64,000 nt of DNA. Origin: the human T2T-CHM13v2.0 reference genome, Homo sapiens. The DNA lies in the NCBI RefSeq assembly GCF_009914755.1, contig NC_060928.1, one strand, 5' to 3'. The position numbers were made by a program, and so were the translations under genes. Positions 1 through 15,467 of the stretch are shown piece after piece; position 1 is the first letter of the stretch, and the number at the start of each line of letters is the position of its first letter. The notes under the pieces are model-generated. The model was not told the DNA's origin. It was given only the letters and a program-made list of their open reading frames with translations, and did not search any database.

Positions 1-210
1 GGACCACTCTGGGAGCAGAAGGCATGTGCAGACTAGAGTCTAGGTGGAAACAGTGGAGGCAAGGACACAAATTAGGACATCAGCTGAGGCAAGAGATGAT
101 CATTACATTAGAGGAGGACAGCAGGGGCAGATAAAAAGAGAAGCGGCTGCACTCAGAATATGCTTTCAATGTGGAGACGACAGATTTGCCAACTGTAGGA
201 TTAGATGTAC
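1..210 (-). mobile_element. LINE-2 fragment
   Basis: Degenerate match to the recalled L2 consensus (gaggcaagagatgat...gagaagcggctgcactcagaatatgctttcaatgtggag); boundaries approximate. Confidence 0.55.
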
Positions 211-371
211 AAGCTGACAAAAGTGTTTTATTTATGATATTTCACAGAAATTATGACAACTCTGTTTGCAACATTTTAGTAGAGCAAGAAATTAAGTAGT
301 ACACAGCTATATTGAAAGAATACAACTAAAGTTTTAACAACTTTCATCTAAACTAGAGAGAAAAAGGAAAA

Positions 372-475
372 AACAGATATAGTACATCTAAACAGATATG
401 ATACATTTAAATATAATATATCTAAACAGATATGATGCATTTAGATATATCTAAACAGATATGATACATTTAATT
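372..475. repeat. Minisatellite, about 3.5 copies of a 29-34 bp unit
   Basis: atctaaacagatatgat(a/g)cattta recurs three times, plus a partial first copy. Confidence 0.85.
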
Positions 476-3399
476 ACACCTAAATTGTTTTCTTATATAT
501 ATAATGCTCTTGGGCATAGCATTAGCATAGTAGGTTTATTGAGGATGTTAAAAGTACAGAAAACACTTTTTTTCATACTTTGCCCTTCATTTACCATTCC
601 TTTACTACATATCTTTCTCAGTTTTAGAAAATAAAATAAATTTCAATGAAAATAAAATAAATAATTAATAAATAATAATATTGCCAATTTATTGACTAGC
701 TACTGGGGAAAGAATTGGCAAATTCCTACTTGTTATTCAACTATTTTAGTTTACCAACCATTGCTGGTTATTTTTGCCAGTTAGCAATTTAACAACCATT
801 GTTAATTTACCATTTAAAAGTTTAATGAGGCAAAACTTGGCATTAGAAATGGCATAACCTTTCCAAAGGAATTCTTTACATGTAGTGAAATTTCAAAAAC
901 ACTCTGTGGTTGACTTTAACAGTGTTCTTTCTCTCATCTCACTGCTTTGCTAACATTTCTTATACATATTTCTTTTTCTTTAAAATATAAACTATGTAAT
1001 CATTGGTCCTTTATAAATTAATCATATATCTTTAATATGAACTGATAAAGAATGGTTATTTCTGAACATCTATTTGGGTTCCACAAATCACTTCCCAAGA
1101 ATTTTAAAATGAAGAAAACAAATCTGAGGTTTAAACTTGTAAAAATCCACACAGAATGAATACGATTAGCTCCCGGATGGGTAAATCAAAAGATTCCCTG
1201 TAGATGCAAAACCAAAGAATTTGGAACACCCAACACTCCATTAAAATTACCTGGGTATAATCTCTATGATGTCAGGCTGAAAATTGACTATAATTTAGTG
1301 AAGTGAAACAATTAATTGTATTGTGTCTAATGTAAACAAAGACTATGACTAGCAAGAAGGTGGTTAGACTATAGCACACATGCATACACACAGAAAGAAA
1401 ACCCTAGTACTGTAGTATTTATCCAGTCTTAGCCAGGTAAAGAAAACTCTGTGACTCATAAAAAAAATTATTTAAAAGACATGCAATTTATCGTCCAAGA
1501 TCTGCCCCCTGAAAGTACAATGTACAAAAGAATTGCATCCTTCTTCATCATTTCTAATTACGTGTTTAAAATGTGCCTTCTCCCACCTGATTACGAACTC
1601 CATTCGGAGGGAAATGGGGGGGAATCATGTCTACACAACACTACATCTCTAGTACATTCTGTTAGAAGAGAATTGCGATACTCCGCTCCTGGTTGACATT
1701 GGAGATACGATTCGCTAAGCATACTTCTAGCATCTCTCTGTCCATTTACTCACTCTTCCCTGGGGAAGAGAAGTGGAAGCTTGAGAAAAGTTAGCAGGAA
1801 TGCTCAGGTGTACCATACTCCCTCTTGGGAGTTGCCTGCCCACAGCAGGAAGTATCTCCCTTCACCTCTAGAGCCTAAATCCCTGTGGAGAAAAGATCTG
1901 CCTGCCCTAGTCCAGGACTGCAGGGACCACATGGGTAGGTCTTCCTAATTCTGAGAGTTGGTTCATTGGTTCGCTTGGGTCTCTCATGAATCTATGACTC
2001 TAATCTTGATCTATAAATGATAGAGATGATATTTTGCTTCCATCTGCTTTTCAGAGTTTTTTTTTTCTTAAATTATTGAGATTCCAGGCACAGCAGGGGG
2101 AAAGGTCCTATTTACTGGCCCCCTTGAAACTCTAACACATAACACAATGTCTGATTCTCTGTAAATGCTTAGCAAATATTTCTTGAGCAACTGTAGAGAT
2201 TAACACAAAAGGCTGATTCTACAAATTTAAGTTCTCTGCCCACAAAAAGCCTTAGTATACTACAGGCGGAAACTTGGAGGCTTACATCTTGGCCATCCAG
2301 TGCCCACTTTTCAGATAAAATAACAGAATGATCTGGGGCTCTGAGATCAAGATTGGGCTAGGATATCTTTGGAAACTGGGTCGAATGTGGAACATCATAT
2401 GCCTCAAGACTGTGGTAGAGAGGCTGAGTAGGCTGTCTAAAAATACTATTCAATTTAAAGAGTGTACAGAAAGAAAAAAATCTGGGCAAGACACCAACAG
2501 GATAAAAATCAAGGAGATGGAAATGAGTAGTTAGAACAGAAGTCTATGGAAAAGACAAATTCTGGAGAAAAACGCTAATCTGGCTTGAAAATGGCTGCAG
2601 CATATTTTATTATGCACTTCATGGCTGGAAATGAAGCAGCCGGAGGGGCACAGGGAGCTGGTCACGTTACGGCTGGTTGTTTGGGGAAGTGGGCAATGAT
2701 GATTGTCTCAGATAGGGAGGATGTCCTTCAAGCCCAAGAGCACAACGGAAGCACATTTTACTTGAATAAGAAAAATCATTGCCTGATTTAATTTTGCCAA
2801 TGATTTTCTGCACTATTACTAAAATATACTCAGTAAAAACAGCCAACTATAAAACTCAAAATAATCAAGTTTTTACATTAAACAGGAAATTAGAGCTTCC
2901 TTTTATAATAAACAACTATTTAGGTTGTGCAAGGCATAATATTTATCAATTCACCCAGAATCTTGAATTATAAAACACATTTCCTGATGTTTATTTTTCC
3001 TCAACATCCAGGCTTGGACTGGAGCAAGTCCCTGACCACTTAACTCTTAATAGCTGACGCTGCCTCACCGCACCTCTATTCAATGTCTGTACATTATTCA
3101 AAAGAAGTGAAGGGAAAGCCTTGGTTGCCTTGGTTGTTTGGAAGCTATTATTTTCATTCTCCTTGTGTGGCAGAAGAAAAAAGACAGCAATGAAGGACCT
3201 GTCAATATGGAAAGAGTAAACTGAACTGACGTTTTTTTCAAGTAGTGAGTCTTTTTTCCAGGTTTTTTAGCCCTCCTCCTCCTATCAGTTGTTTATGTTT
3301 TAACTGGATCTATCTGGTGCTGATTTATATGAAATACTATTACTACTTGAGTATAACTAATGGCTTTAAGACAGTTACTTAGAGTAGCTAGAAAGTTGT

Positions 3400-3715
3400 C
3401 TCTTTAAAAACTATTTTAAAAATATATACAAAAGTATCCAGAAAAAATAATATATAATATTTATAAAAATATTTATCAAATATATAATAAAAATATAAAA
3501 AACAATAAAAGTACTAAACAAATGGGAGATTATCAATGTAAATTTAAGAAGTTGATAACTGTACTGTAATCGGGTTAGAAAATCCACACTGAATACTTAA
3601 AGAACCACAATCTGTGATGTAAGTTGTAATTTACTTCAAAAGGTTTAGGAAAAAAATGTGTGTGTGTGCATGTATGTGTCTGTGTGAGAGAGAGAGAGAA
3701 TATATATAAAATATA
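3400..3715. repeat. AT-rich low complexity, possible old L1 3' fragment, and (TG)n/(GA)n microsatellite
   Basis: A/T-only tracts at 3400-3520; tgtgtg...gagagaga at about 3657-3700. Confidence 0.6.
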
Positions 3716-4465
3716 CACGTGGCTTACATAAAACTTTCCATGATATTACATGGCATTATATATTACTTATCGTTTGTCAGTAAACATTCATATATTTTAT
3801 AGTTGTGACTAAGGATATAAAAATGTTTGAGTAGTAACTTATTTCATATAACTCTAAAATTAATAACTGAAAAATATTAATAACCAAGTACAGTAAATAT
3901 AAAAGCAAACACAAGAAGAACCCAGCAGATACCTCAGTGTCAATTCAGTAATATGCCTAATCATACATAAGATGACTTTTATTTACTGCTCCTTATGGGA
4001 ACTTGAGTTAAAAGGGCAAGAAACAAGTATCTGTAGCTTGCTGCTTCTAGAAATCCTGACCACTGGCTTGATGTCACAAAACCTTAGCTGACTTACTTTT
4101 GTACTTCACTGTTATTGTATAACAAGTTAATTCAAGGATGGCGATTGAATCCATGTAAAAATGACTATATCCAAATCACTTTATGTAACCTTAATATATA
4201 GCATAAACATACATATAAAAATCAATATTAATAAATAATAGAAATTATATCCATGATATTTGTTTCAAAAGGAAACACAGATGCATGAAATGTACTCAAC
4301 ACAATAGGTCATCTCTTATTTCTAGCTCAAAGAACACTGCCTACCACAAAGTGGCACATAATAAATATTTGTTAAGTGAATAAGCAAATGAATTAATAAA
4401 TGAATAAAACAAAATAATATATGTAATGTTTTTAATGCAAAAACTGGCAGATAGCATTCAATATG

Positions 4466-4857
4466 TGATATGGTTCAGATTTGTGTCCCCACGCAAATCT
4501 CATGTCGAATGATAATCCCCAGTGTTGGAGGTGGGACCTGGTGGGAGATGATTGGATCATGGGGCTGGATCTCCCGCTTTGGTGCTGTTCTCCTGCTGGA
4601 GTTCTCACAAGATCTGGTTGTTTAAAAGTGTGTAGCAGCTCCCCCCACCCTCTTGCTCCTGCCCTGGTCATGTAAGATATGCTCACTCCCCCTTTGCCTT
4701 CCACCATGATTGTGAGTTTCCTAAGGCCTCCCCAGATGCAGATCCTGCCATGCTGCCCGTACAGCCTGCAGAACCATGAGCCAACTAAACCTATTTTCAT
4801 TATAAATTACCCAGTCTCAGGTATTTTCTTATAGCAGTGCAAAAATGGATTAATACA
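4466..4857 (+). mobile_element. MSTA-like solo LTR (ERVL-MaLR)
   Basis: Starts tgatatggttcagatttgtgtcccc and ends ggattaataca (TG...CA); perfect 5-bp TSD ATATG at 4461-4465 and 4858-4862. Confidence 0.93.
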
Positions 4858-4933
4858 ATATGATCTTTGTAATAAACTTAATAATACTACTGTATAACAT
4901 TTAACTTTGTCCTAGCCATCATGAGACAATAAA

Positions 4934-5795
4934 TTAGTAATTCTCAATGAAAGGGAGCATGCCACACTCCCCTACGGGATAGTTTTTAGAGTTTATTGTT
5001 TATCTTCTGTTTTTTTGCCTTTACTGACTGTTACTGTGATTGGCGGTCCAACTATAAGTTGGGACCAAGGGGACTGGGTGTTGTGAAATGTGTAGTACAG
5101 CCCCACAGAATGAAGAATTGTCCTGTGTTTTGTGCAATTTTATAATATCCAACACATGACAAACCTTCACATTTTGTCATAGTTTTCATATATATCAAAT
5201 TTTCTAGGATTCTGACTACTGTATAGTAGAGGAAATATTGTATGATGCTTTATTTTCTTTGTGGAGGTACTGGGAGTTAGTAAGAAGTTCAGAGTATGTT
5301 ACTAAAAGCAGTATCACTTGTGGGATTTGAATTGCTAATATTTCAAACAGATGAGTCTGCATTTATAGCTGTTGAATTCATGTTGAAAGAACCTCCCTCT
5401 CTCTCTGCCCCCATCTATCCAACTACAAATACATTTATTTGTCGCTTGTTTTAAAATAATAATTATAGAGAAGAAGGATTGACCATCAACTAAATATTGC
5501 CTTTTCCTAAATCTAAATTTATTCATTCCAAGTAAGGACAAGCATCTGCCTCTTTCCTTTTCTTTTCCAGTGGAGCCATGCTGAGTATTTAAATACTGAA
5601 ATGCATATCATTTTACTACATACATAAAATTTTATTTCTCTCTTATTTCACAGTTTAGGTATTATATTGATTCTTTAAAATCATATATGCAGGTAGATTG
5701 TATTTCTATGAGTTTTATTCAATGGTAGAAAAGGAAGATGATAAAAAGATATTATTTAAAAAGTCTATTGGGTTGGATAGGATTGAAAACTACTG
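4934..5795. mobile_element. hAT-Charlie DNA transposon relic (MER20B-like)
   Basis: TIR-like ends tagtaattctcaa ... ttgaaaactactg; internal MER20-like cagccccacagaatgaagaattgtcctg. Confidence 0.5.
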
Positions 5796-6555
5796 CACTT
5801 GATCCTATGAGATGCCAAAATAAAAGGCAGAATTTTCAAAACAGCTTTGCAACACTTTTGACACCTTAGAATGTAGAGAAAGAAGAGAATTGATGAGAAC
5901 TATAGTTCCATACCCTCCCCTTCCCCCAAGCAACTTGGGCAGGATGCTACCTCTACTTTGAGCTAGGGTAGGGGCTTCCATGAGAGCACTTAGAAAGCTT
6001 CAAATATGTTTTCTGCAGTTGGAGACATGTGTGCCTTCCTCAAGTCTGAGAAAGCTAAAGGAGCTAGAAGAGACTGCCAGCAAGATAGAGGTGCCTATGT
6101 TTTGATTGACTGGCACTTTGAGAGTTGTTGAGGATAATAGATACATGCCCAGATATGGGTACAAGAGAGAGGGAACCCACACATCACCCTTTTATGTCCA
6201 ACTTAGCCTATAGGATTTCCTAGGAGGACAGTACACATCCAATCGTGAAGGTCTGTGTGGAGTGGATCATGAATGCTAAGGGCTTGTGGGAAGGTGCTGA
6301 GCTTTAAGCCCAAAGCAATATATTTGCTCTTGTCAAAGAAGCTATCAATCTTCTGTCCATGTAGATATTATCTCTGGTATCTTACTAGGCTTGACTCTTT
6401 GAGAGATTAGCTCTCAGAGCCTGTGCCACATAATTGCTATCTGAGAAGTTTCATTACTTTATCTGTTTGCATTACCAGTGCAACCTTTTTAAAAATGTTA
6501 GAATATTGTTTAGGAAAGATCCTTTTATTTTCTCCATATTTGTACTCATTTTCAG

Positions 6556-6666
6556 ATATGAAAGCTACACAAAAATCAGTTATGAAATTGAGGAAGATGA
6601 AACTAAAGATGCATCATTTACATTCAATCCTAGTTGTATATTTAACAGCTTCTTCTGTAAGCACAG
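6556..6666 (+). other. Candidate plus-strand 111-nt exon (unverified)
   Basis: Pyrimidine tract ...ctcattttcag| and CAG|gtttag donor; two open frames (YESYTKISYEIEEDETKDASF... and MKATQKSVMKLRKMK...). Confidence 0.2.
6580..6654 (-). other. Candidate minus-strand terminal exon (KKLLNIQLGLNVNDASLVSSSSIS*)
   Basis: Branch-like tactaaac and cttacag| acceptor; TAA at 6582-6580; minus-strand AATAAA at 6529-6524. Confidence 0.25.
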
Positions 6667-7249
6667 GTTTAGTACATAAAATTATATTTGAAGTTCTCAA
6701 ATTTGCATGTTACCAGAATGCAAGCCTCTGTAAGTATTATCATAGATCACCACTCCAATCAGAGTAAAAAGCTTTCCTTGAAAATTTTTTCTTTAAGATT
6801 AGAGCAAATGGAAACAAAATCCTTTAATACTTTAGATTTTTACCTTGTGGTCATACAAGTCAGAGTAGTTCAGTCTTGTCATATCATGCATGTATCTACA
6901 TGCAACGTTTTTAACTGTACCATGATTGAAGAATAATAGAACCATCAATTCTAAGCATTCATGAATTTTTTGTCACTCCATATCAAGCCAAGTGTGGAGT
7001 GGAAAATGAATCAGAGACCTGATTCTATGGCATATAGAGACAAGGGGCAGCATACCTCGCCAGGCAGTGAGCTCTCTATCTCTGGGGACACTCAAGTGAA
7101 GGCAAGAATCCTTCATCTAGGACATGAAATTCCTGCATTGACTCTGAGATTACACAGATAAAGCTAATAATTCATATGCAACAAGACAGATATCACTTGT
7201 TAGCATGAGGAGGGGAGGTTGGATCCTGCAGAGAAATAGTACTAAAACA

Positions 7250-8060
<811 letters not shown>

Positions 8061-8114
8061 CTGTTCCGGCAAACAAAAAAGAAAAAAAAAAGGAGCAGAC
8101 TAGCAGATCAAGTG

Positions 8115-8205
8115 GAGATTATAGTGTTCCATTCTATCCTCAGTACTAAGGATAGTGTCAGATACATAAAAGGTGCTCAATAAATACTTGCTGAATGACT
8201 GAAAA
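8115..8205 (+). mobile_element. LINE-2 3' end
   Basis: aggtgctcaataaatacttgctgaatgactgaa terminal motif. Confidence 0.65.
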
Positions 8206-9380
8206 AAATGCTGCAAGCAGCAGGAAGAGCCAAGATGGCTTGGAAAAGGAGAGGGATAAGGAGGAAGTGGCTGGTGACTGTGTGTTGGTGAGGAGACTGC
8301 GTAGGAGTACAGGAGAGATTTTTAGCAGCTGTTATGAGTGCAAGACTTTGGGGAGATGGAGAGAGGTATAAAGAGAACTGTTAGGAAGTTTGCTCTATGA
8401 TAAGCTGCATATAGTTTTCCTTACAGAAGGAAATATAACCTAAAATTCTATATATTATTCTTCAAGGCTTCTGGAGTCATACTTATGTCCTTGAATGTAA
8501 CTTCTTGCAGAGGCTGGCTTTGAGGCAGAGCACACTTGCCAGATTTAATGAGGATTATACAAATGCATCTAAATGCTTTATGTGGAGATCAAATTTAAAT
8601 GTATTGATAAAAACAGGCATATCTTGACTTGTCCTCAAGAGAAAAAATAAAAGGAACGGTTTTTACCCCCAAGCATAACTTCAATTAGAAGGTTAAGATG
8701 CATATCCAGTATAGCATGTTGATATTTATTTCAACAAATTCAACTCAATTTTTGGCCATCTAAGTTCTTTTCTTGCAATTTCCACTTCTATATCAAATCA
8801 ATGATCTAGTTTTTTTTTTTTTAAGGAAAATAACTATTGTAAACAAAAAGAAAAAGTCTATTAAAGAATCAAGAAACTTGATTATACATTGACAGTCCTT
8901 CCATTTTTTAATAAATCTAGAAAAATATTCATGTTTACTTGTAACTCAATGTTTGTGATCAAAAATAAAGCAATGTTTCTAATGGAACCATTACCAGGCA
9001 AGCATTGACAAACTGAATATTTTACATACTGCCACTACAGCTTTGTGGCACTAAACTACAATGTTTTTTCTGAAGAAATCAAGTAATATTTTTAGCTTTT
9101 TTTAAAAAGACAATTCTATGTTGTGATGCTAACCAGAGCATCCTTTATTTAAATTCTGGTGAGGTACTGTCACTATATCTGTGGGTAAAGGGTACTTAGT
9201 AGAATAATAAAAAATGAAAGCAAGCTTGAAAGTCTCTCCACGACACCAGTGACAACAATAGAGACCTGACTTGAAGTTCCACAGTAACTCTCTCCCTGAC
9301 CTTGAGTGTCTTCTTCACCTTCTGCATGTCTCACTAAATCACATAAGGTGAAGTACCTCTTTAAGAGTATTAAAGACCTA

Positions 9381-9904
<524 letters not shown>

Positions 9905-10391
9905 CTGAGAAAACATATATATCTTGAAAATAAAATAATTATTTACCCTTTGTTTAAATTAATTTTTGTTAGCTCCAAATTGTTTTTTGCTACAAATAAT
10001 ATTTAAAATAATTTTTAATTATTAACAGTGGTATGGGATTTTTTTCAGCTGAGAAACATTTATTTAATAGGTTTAAGGAGAAGAAGAAGATAAAGTTCAC
10101 TTGGAAACCTGAAAACTCGGAAGATACAATGACTCGTGGAAAGGGATGTCAGGGAAAATACCATAAATGACAGACATTTTAGCATGCTTTCTATCTTGAG
10201 TAGGATCTCATTTATTTTAAAAAGTGAAGTGAGATTTGGATCTACAATGACAGAGTTTTCCAAACGTTAGCAAATCTTGGCTCATATAGGGAACAATGTT
10301 TGCACTATGCTCGGGGATAATGGATGAGGTTGCTCCTAGCTGAAGTGACAGCCAAAGGTTCTGGGCCACCCCCTGGCAAAACTCAGCTGCT

Positions 10392-10445
10392 CTAGCGGCT
10401 GAGGGTATCAATATATTCACGCACCTGTGCCCATTCTTTCACCAT
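10392..10445 (-). other. Candidate minus-strand exon (MVKEWAQVREYIDTLSR*), with internal donor CAG|gtgcgt after 21 nt
   Basis: acgtttccccacag| acceptor; in frame with the candidates at 12795-12873 or 15468-15513. Confidence 0.35.
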
Positions 10446-11085
10446 CTGTGGGGAAACGTTGCTCTCCAAAATAAAAAGGCATGTAAATCTTCCACCACTT
10501 CTGGGAAACAGCTCCATGTACACTCATTCACAGTATTGAGTCAATAAAAACCCAGTATGTCATTGCAGCCTTCAATATTCCATAAAGCTATTTGGGGCCA
10601 AAGGGTACTATAAGCTCAGACTTGCATACAAAAGCAAAGGATGTTACCTTTGTTTTATAATCATACCAAAAAAGAAGGTATCATTAATATTATAGCTAAG
10701 GTCAAAATTCATATTTATTGGTTACTATTTAGTGTATATAAAAATTCAACTGCCTTATATTTGGACAACTAACCAAAATTAATCTCTAGCTATAAAATAA
10801 ACATTTTCTCCTTATAATTCCTATTTTTTAGCTAGCCATTTTGATTAATGTGTTAGCTAACATGTGTCAACATTTTCTAAAATCATGCTTTCATGTAGCA
10901 TCTAAGAATTAAGAAATATTAATATCAAAAATGCCAAGAGGAGCAAAAGAATGCATGATGTAACTGAATCATTATAATAAAATGGTTCAGCAATCAATCA
11001 CCAGGTATTGATAGTTTTTGGGGCGGAGGGAGTTGTGGCTGGAGTGAGGAGAGGTTGCCAGGGGAGTGGAGATAATCCTACACAA

Positions 11086-11457
11086 TGTCTTGGTCAGCCT
11101 GGGCTGCTATAACAGAATATTATAGACTGGTGGCTTAAAGGAGAGATATTCATTTCTCAAAGTTCTAGAAGCTGCAGAGCCCAAGATCAAGGTGCTGGCA
11201 GATTTCATTACTGGTGAGGGTTCTCTTCCTGGCTTGCAGAGGGCTGCTTCCCACTGTGTTCTCAAAGGGCAGAGAAAGGAAGCCCTGGTGTCTCTTCCTC
11301 ATCCTGTATGAGCACTAGTCCCATCATGGGGGCTCCACCCTTATGGCCTCATCTAAACTTAATGATCTCCCAAGGGCCCTGCCTCCTAAGGCACACTTTG
11401 GGGATTAATGTTTCAACATACGAATTTTGGGAAGACACAAGCATTCGGTTTGTACCA
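11086..11457 (-). mobile_element. MLT1A/MSTD-like solo LTR
   Basis: tgtcttggtcagcctgggctgctataacagaa...gtttcaacatacgaattttggg; near-TSD cacaa/cataa. Confidence 0.85.
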
Positions 11458-11536
11458 CATAAAACACACCATTCTCGCCATTCTATCTGTGCAGGCAGGA
11501 GCCTTTTTTACGTGAACCTAAGAAAGTAGTGTTTCC

Positions 11537-12537
<1,001 letters not shown>

Positions 12538-12794
12538 CCAGCCTAGAGCATGAACAGAATGAGGTAGAAAAAAAAAGATGAACACATAATAGAAAGAGAA
12601 GATGCTCTGGAAACAGATCAGGAAAGAAATATTTTTATTAAGCACATCTAAAATATTTATTGATTCCTCAGTGAGAAGAAATTATAAATTAAGAAGCACC
12701 CTGTGTGGTTGGTCTAACTTATTGAGAACCTGCGTCAGGTTCTCAATCTATGAGGTGAATTTAGTCATTCTTAATGAAACCTTTATATTGTTAC

Positions 12795-12873
12795 CTTTAT
12801 CAATTTCTCCTTCAAGTGTGTTACAGATAGATGGATATCTCTACTCCATGGAGTCTGACTATTGCAAAAGATT
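12795..12873 (-). other. Candidate minus-strand exon, 79 nt (open frame IFCNSQTPWSRDIHLSVTHLKEKLIK)
   Basis: cattttcttcaccag| acceptor and AAG|gtaaca donor. Confidence 0.4.
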
Positions 12874-13337
12874 CTGGTGAAGAAAATGTGGCCACATTAC
12901 AACTACATATTTCATGTAGTATTGCCAAGGGATAGAGAGTACTTTAAGACAGATGGTTAAATATCCCATTTTAAAGATTTCCAAACATCTTTGAAGAAGA
13001 GAGAAATGGTTGTTGGCATCTTTGCCCTTCTCAAAGCATTGAGAACTCCCAGGAGTGCTTGTTAACTTCCCCTGGGCTTCCGGGTGTGAGATCCCTTCTT
13101 TCCCCACTGATTGACTCCACCTACCATTTCCTCCCTGGGCAATACCCTTGTTCTTGCACCTATCATTCTGCCTTTTTCTGTATGTTAATAGGTATTTATT
13201 TGACCCTTAGCCTTTGCACTCAATCTATTCAAATTTATTCTGATATCCAATGATAAGGAAAGATGGAACTAGTTTGTGATTTCAGTTTTCCAAATGAATT
13301 TCCCAGATCATTACGTAAGCTCTGAATCTGCTATGGC

Positions 13338-13363
13338 AAAAAAAAAAAAAAAAAAAAAAAAAA
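13338..13363 (+). repeat. Poly(A) tract, about 26 nt
   Basis: Pure A run with no adjacent Alu or L1 body. Confidence 0.9.
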
Positions 13364-13699
13364 CTGGCTTTTTCTCTGTTCCAATCAATTGCCATGTAGA
13401 AAATATGATTCTTTTTTAAGAAGTGGGTACAGAGAACTCGTAACATGCAATACTCTGAAACTTTTGAACTACCTACTTTCCACTCTATCTGTATCCCAAA
13501 CTATCACGACTCCTAACACTAGTCTTCAACTCAGTTCTGGGGAGATAGAGGGTGAGAAGAGACAGGCGCACAGGCAGGCAGACAGACAGACCACACAACA
13601 AAAACTTTGTTCTTCAGGTAATGAAGAAACACTAAAATTTAATTTTGGGTAAAAATGCCCATAATTAGTATTTCTAAAGATTCTCAAAAACAAACAAAC

Positions 13700-13733
<34 letters not shown>

Positions 13734-13759
13734 GCCCAAGGATCTGGTAGATAATTATC

Positions 13760-13985
13760 ACTAAGTATTTATTTTAGGTCAGATGCTACTTTCAGGGTTC
13801 TAAGGGAACCAACTCATTTGCATTCATAACAACTCTATGCTAGATAGTATTATTATCAAAGTCCTCTTTAAAATGACTGAAACTGAAACCCACAAAGTAA
13901 AATTCCTTTTCTGCAGTCAGGCTGCTAGTAAATAACAGAGCTGAGACCAAACCCAAATATTATGTCTGCAGAGTCCATGCACTGC
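13760..13985 (-). mobile_element. MIR
   Basis: ctcatttgcattcataacaactctatg...gaaactgaaacccacaaagtaaaa...ctagtaaataacagagctg. Confidence 0.7.
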
Positions 13986-14064
13986 CCTGCCTCTCTTAAG
14001 GATGAATTCAAGTCAAAAGATTCTTACTTACCGCACATTTTTCTTACAATATTAATGTACCTTG

Positions 14065-15037
14065 TTATTTTTCTTAATAATTTAGACTTTTATTTTAGAT
14101 TCAGGTGGTACATGTGCAGGTTTGTTACAGGGGTACATTGCGTGATGCTGAAATTTAGGGTAAAATTGATCCTGTCACCCAGGTAGTGAGCACAGCACCC
14201 AATAGTTAGTTTTACAACCCTTGCGTCCCTCTCTTCCTCCCTGACAGTAGTCCCCAGTGTCTATTGCTACCATCTTTATGTCTATAAGTACCCAATATTT
14301 AGCTCCCATTTATGAGTGAGAATATGCAGCATTTAGTTTTCTGTTCCTACATTAATTCACTTAGGATAATGGCCTCCAGTACATCCATTTTGTTGCAAAG
14401 GACATGACTTTGTTCTTTTTTATGGCTACATAGTATTCCATGGTGCATAGGTACCACATTTTCATTATCCAGTCCACCGATGCTGGGCACCTGGGTTGAT
14501 TCTGTCTTTGCTATTGTGGATACTGCTGCAACGAACACACACATGCGTATGTCTTTTTGGTAGAAAAATTTCTTTTCTTTTGGATACATATCCAGTAATG
14601 GGATTGCTGGGTTAAATAGTAGTTCTGTTTTCAGTTCTTTGAGAAATCTCTAAACCGTTTTCCACAGTGGCTGAACTAATTTACATTCCCACCTACAGTG
14701 TATAAGCATTCCCTTTCCTCCACAGCCTCGCCAACATCTGTTGATTTTGAGTCTTTAATAAAAGCTGTTCTGACTGGTGTGAGATGGTACTTCATTATGG
14801 TTTTGATTTTCATTTCTCTGATGACTAATGATGTTGAGCTTATTTTCATATGTTTCTCAGCCACTTGTATGTCTTCTTTTGAAAAGTAACTGCTTATGTC
14901 TTTTGCCCACTTTTTAGTAGGGTTATTTGTTTTTTGTTTGTCAAGTTCTTATAGATTCTGGATATTAGAATATTTTCTCCCATTCTGTAGGTTGTCTGTT
15001 TATTCTGTTGATCTTTCTTTTGCTGTGCAGAAGCTGT
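14065..15037 (-). mobile_element. 5'-truncated L1 (L1PA13-16-like): 3'UTR plus ORF2 C-terminus
   Basis: ttttagattcaggtggtacatgtgcaggtttgttac 3'UTR; ORF fragments KIKTIMKYHLTPVR and YPKEKKFFYQKD. Confidence 0.92.
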
Positions 15038-15109
15038 CTACTTTTATATTATGACCATTTTGAGGGCAAGAATTGCAGCTATAATCTACACCCAATGTGA
15101 CTTTATCAA

Positions 15110-15310
15110 CTGGTTCATGCAACAAACTCACTACTGAGCACCTAATGTGCATCTGGCACTCTTAACAGGCACTGGGAATACAAGATGAGCAAGAAAACCT
15201 CTGATATTAATATCCTTACCACTGAGGTGGTTCATTAGTGGAACAATAATGTGGCAAATGCTGTCCTAGTGGTTTGAACCTAGTGCAAGGAGAACATAGA
15301 GGAGGAAACA
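15110..15310 (-). mobile_element. LINE-2 3' end
   Basis: tactgagcacctaatgtgcatctggcactc...gcactgggaatacaagatgagcaag. Confidence 0.7.
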
Positions 15311-15467
15311 GTTAGTAATTCTGCTTAGCAATATTAGAAAAGAATGAAAACTTGATAATGACTAAAAATACATTTATTTTAAGTTTTCTATAATAGACAT
15401 AGAATTATCTACTTCCTATAGAAAAATTCCCTTACATGAGATATAAATTGGTATGGGAAACCATTAC

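Noticed and set aside
1134-1276. Two minus-strand exon-like pieces joining to PDIIEIIPRESFDLPIRELIVFILCGFLQV*
   Set aside because: The implied intron is only about 53 nt, below the usual human minimum, so this is probably chance
2955-3165. Minus-strand acceptor/donor-like pair around 3.0-3.15 kb
   Set aside because: All frames close before the donor and there is no link to the other candidates
4432-4800. 122-aa ORF and similar ORFs at 19109 and 62586-62833
   Set aside because: Wholly or almost wholly within MST/THE1 LTRs
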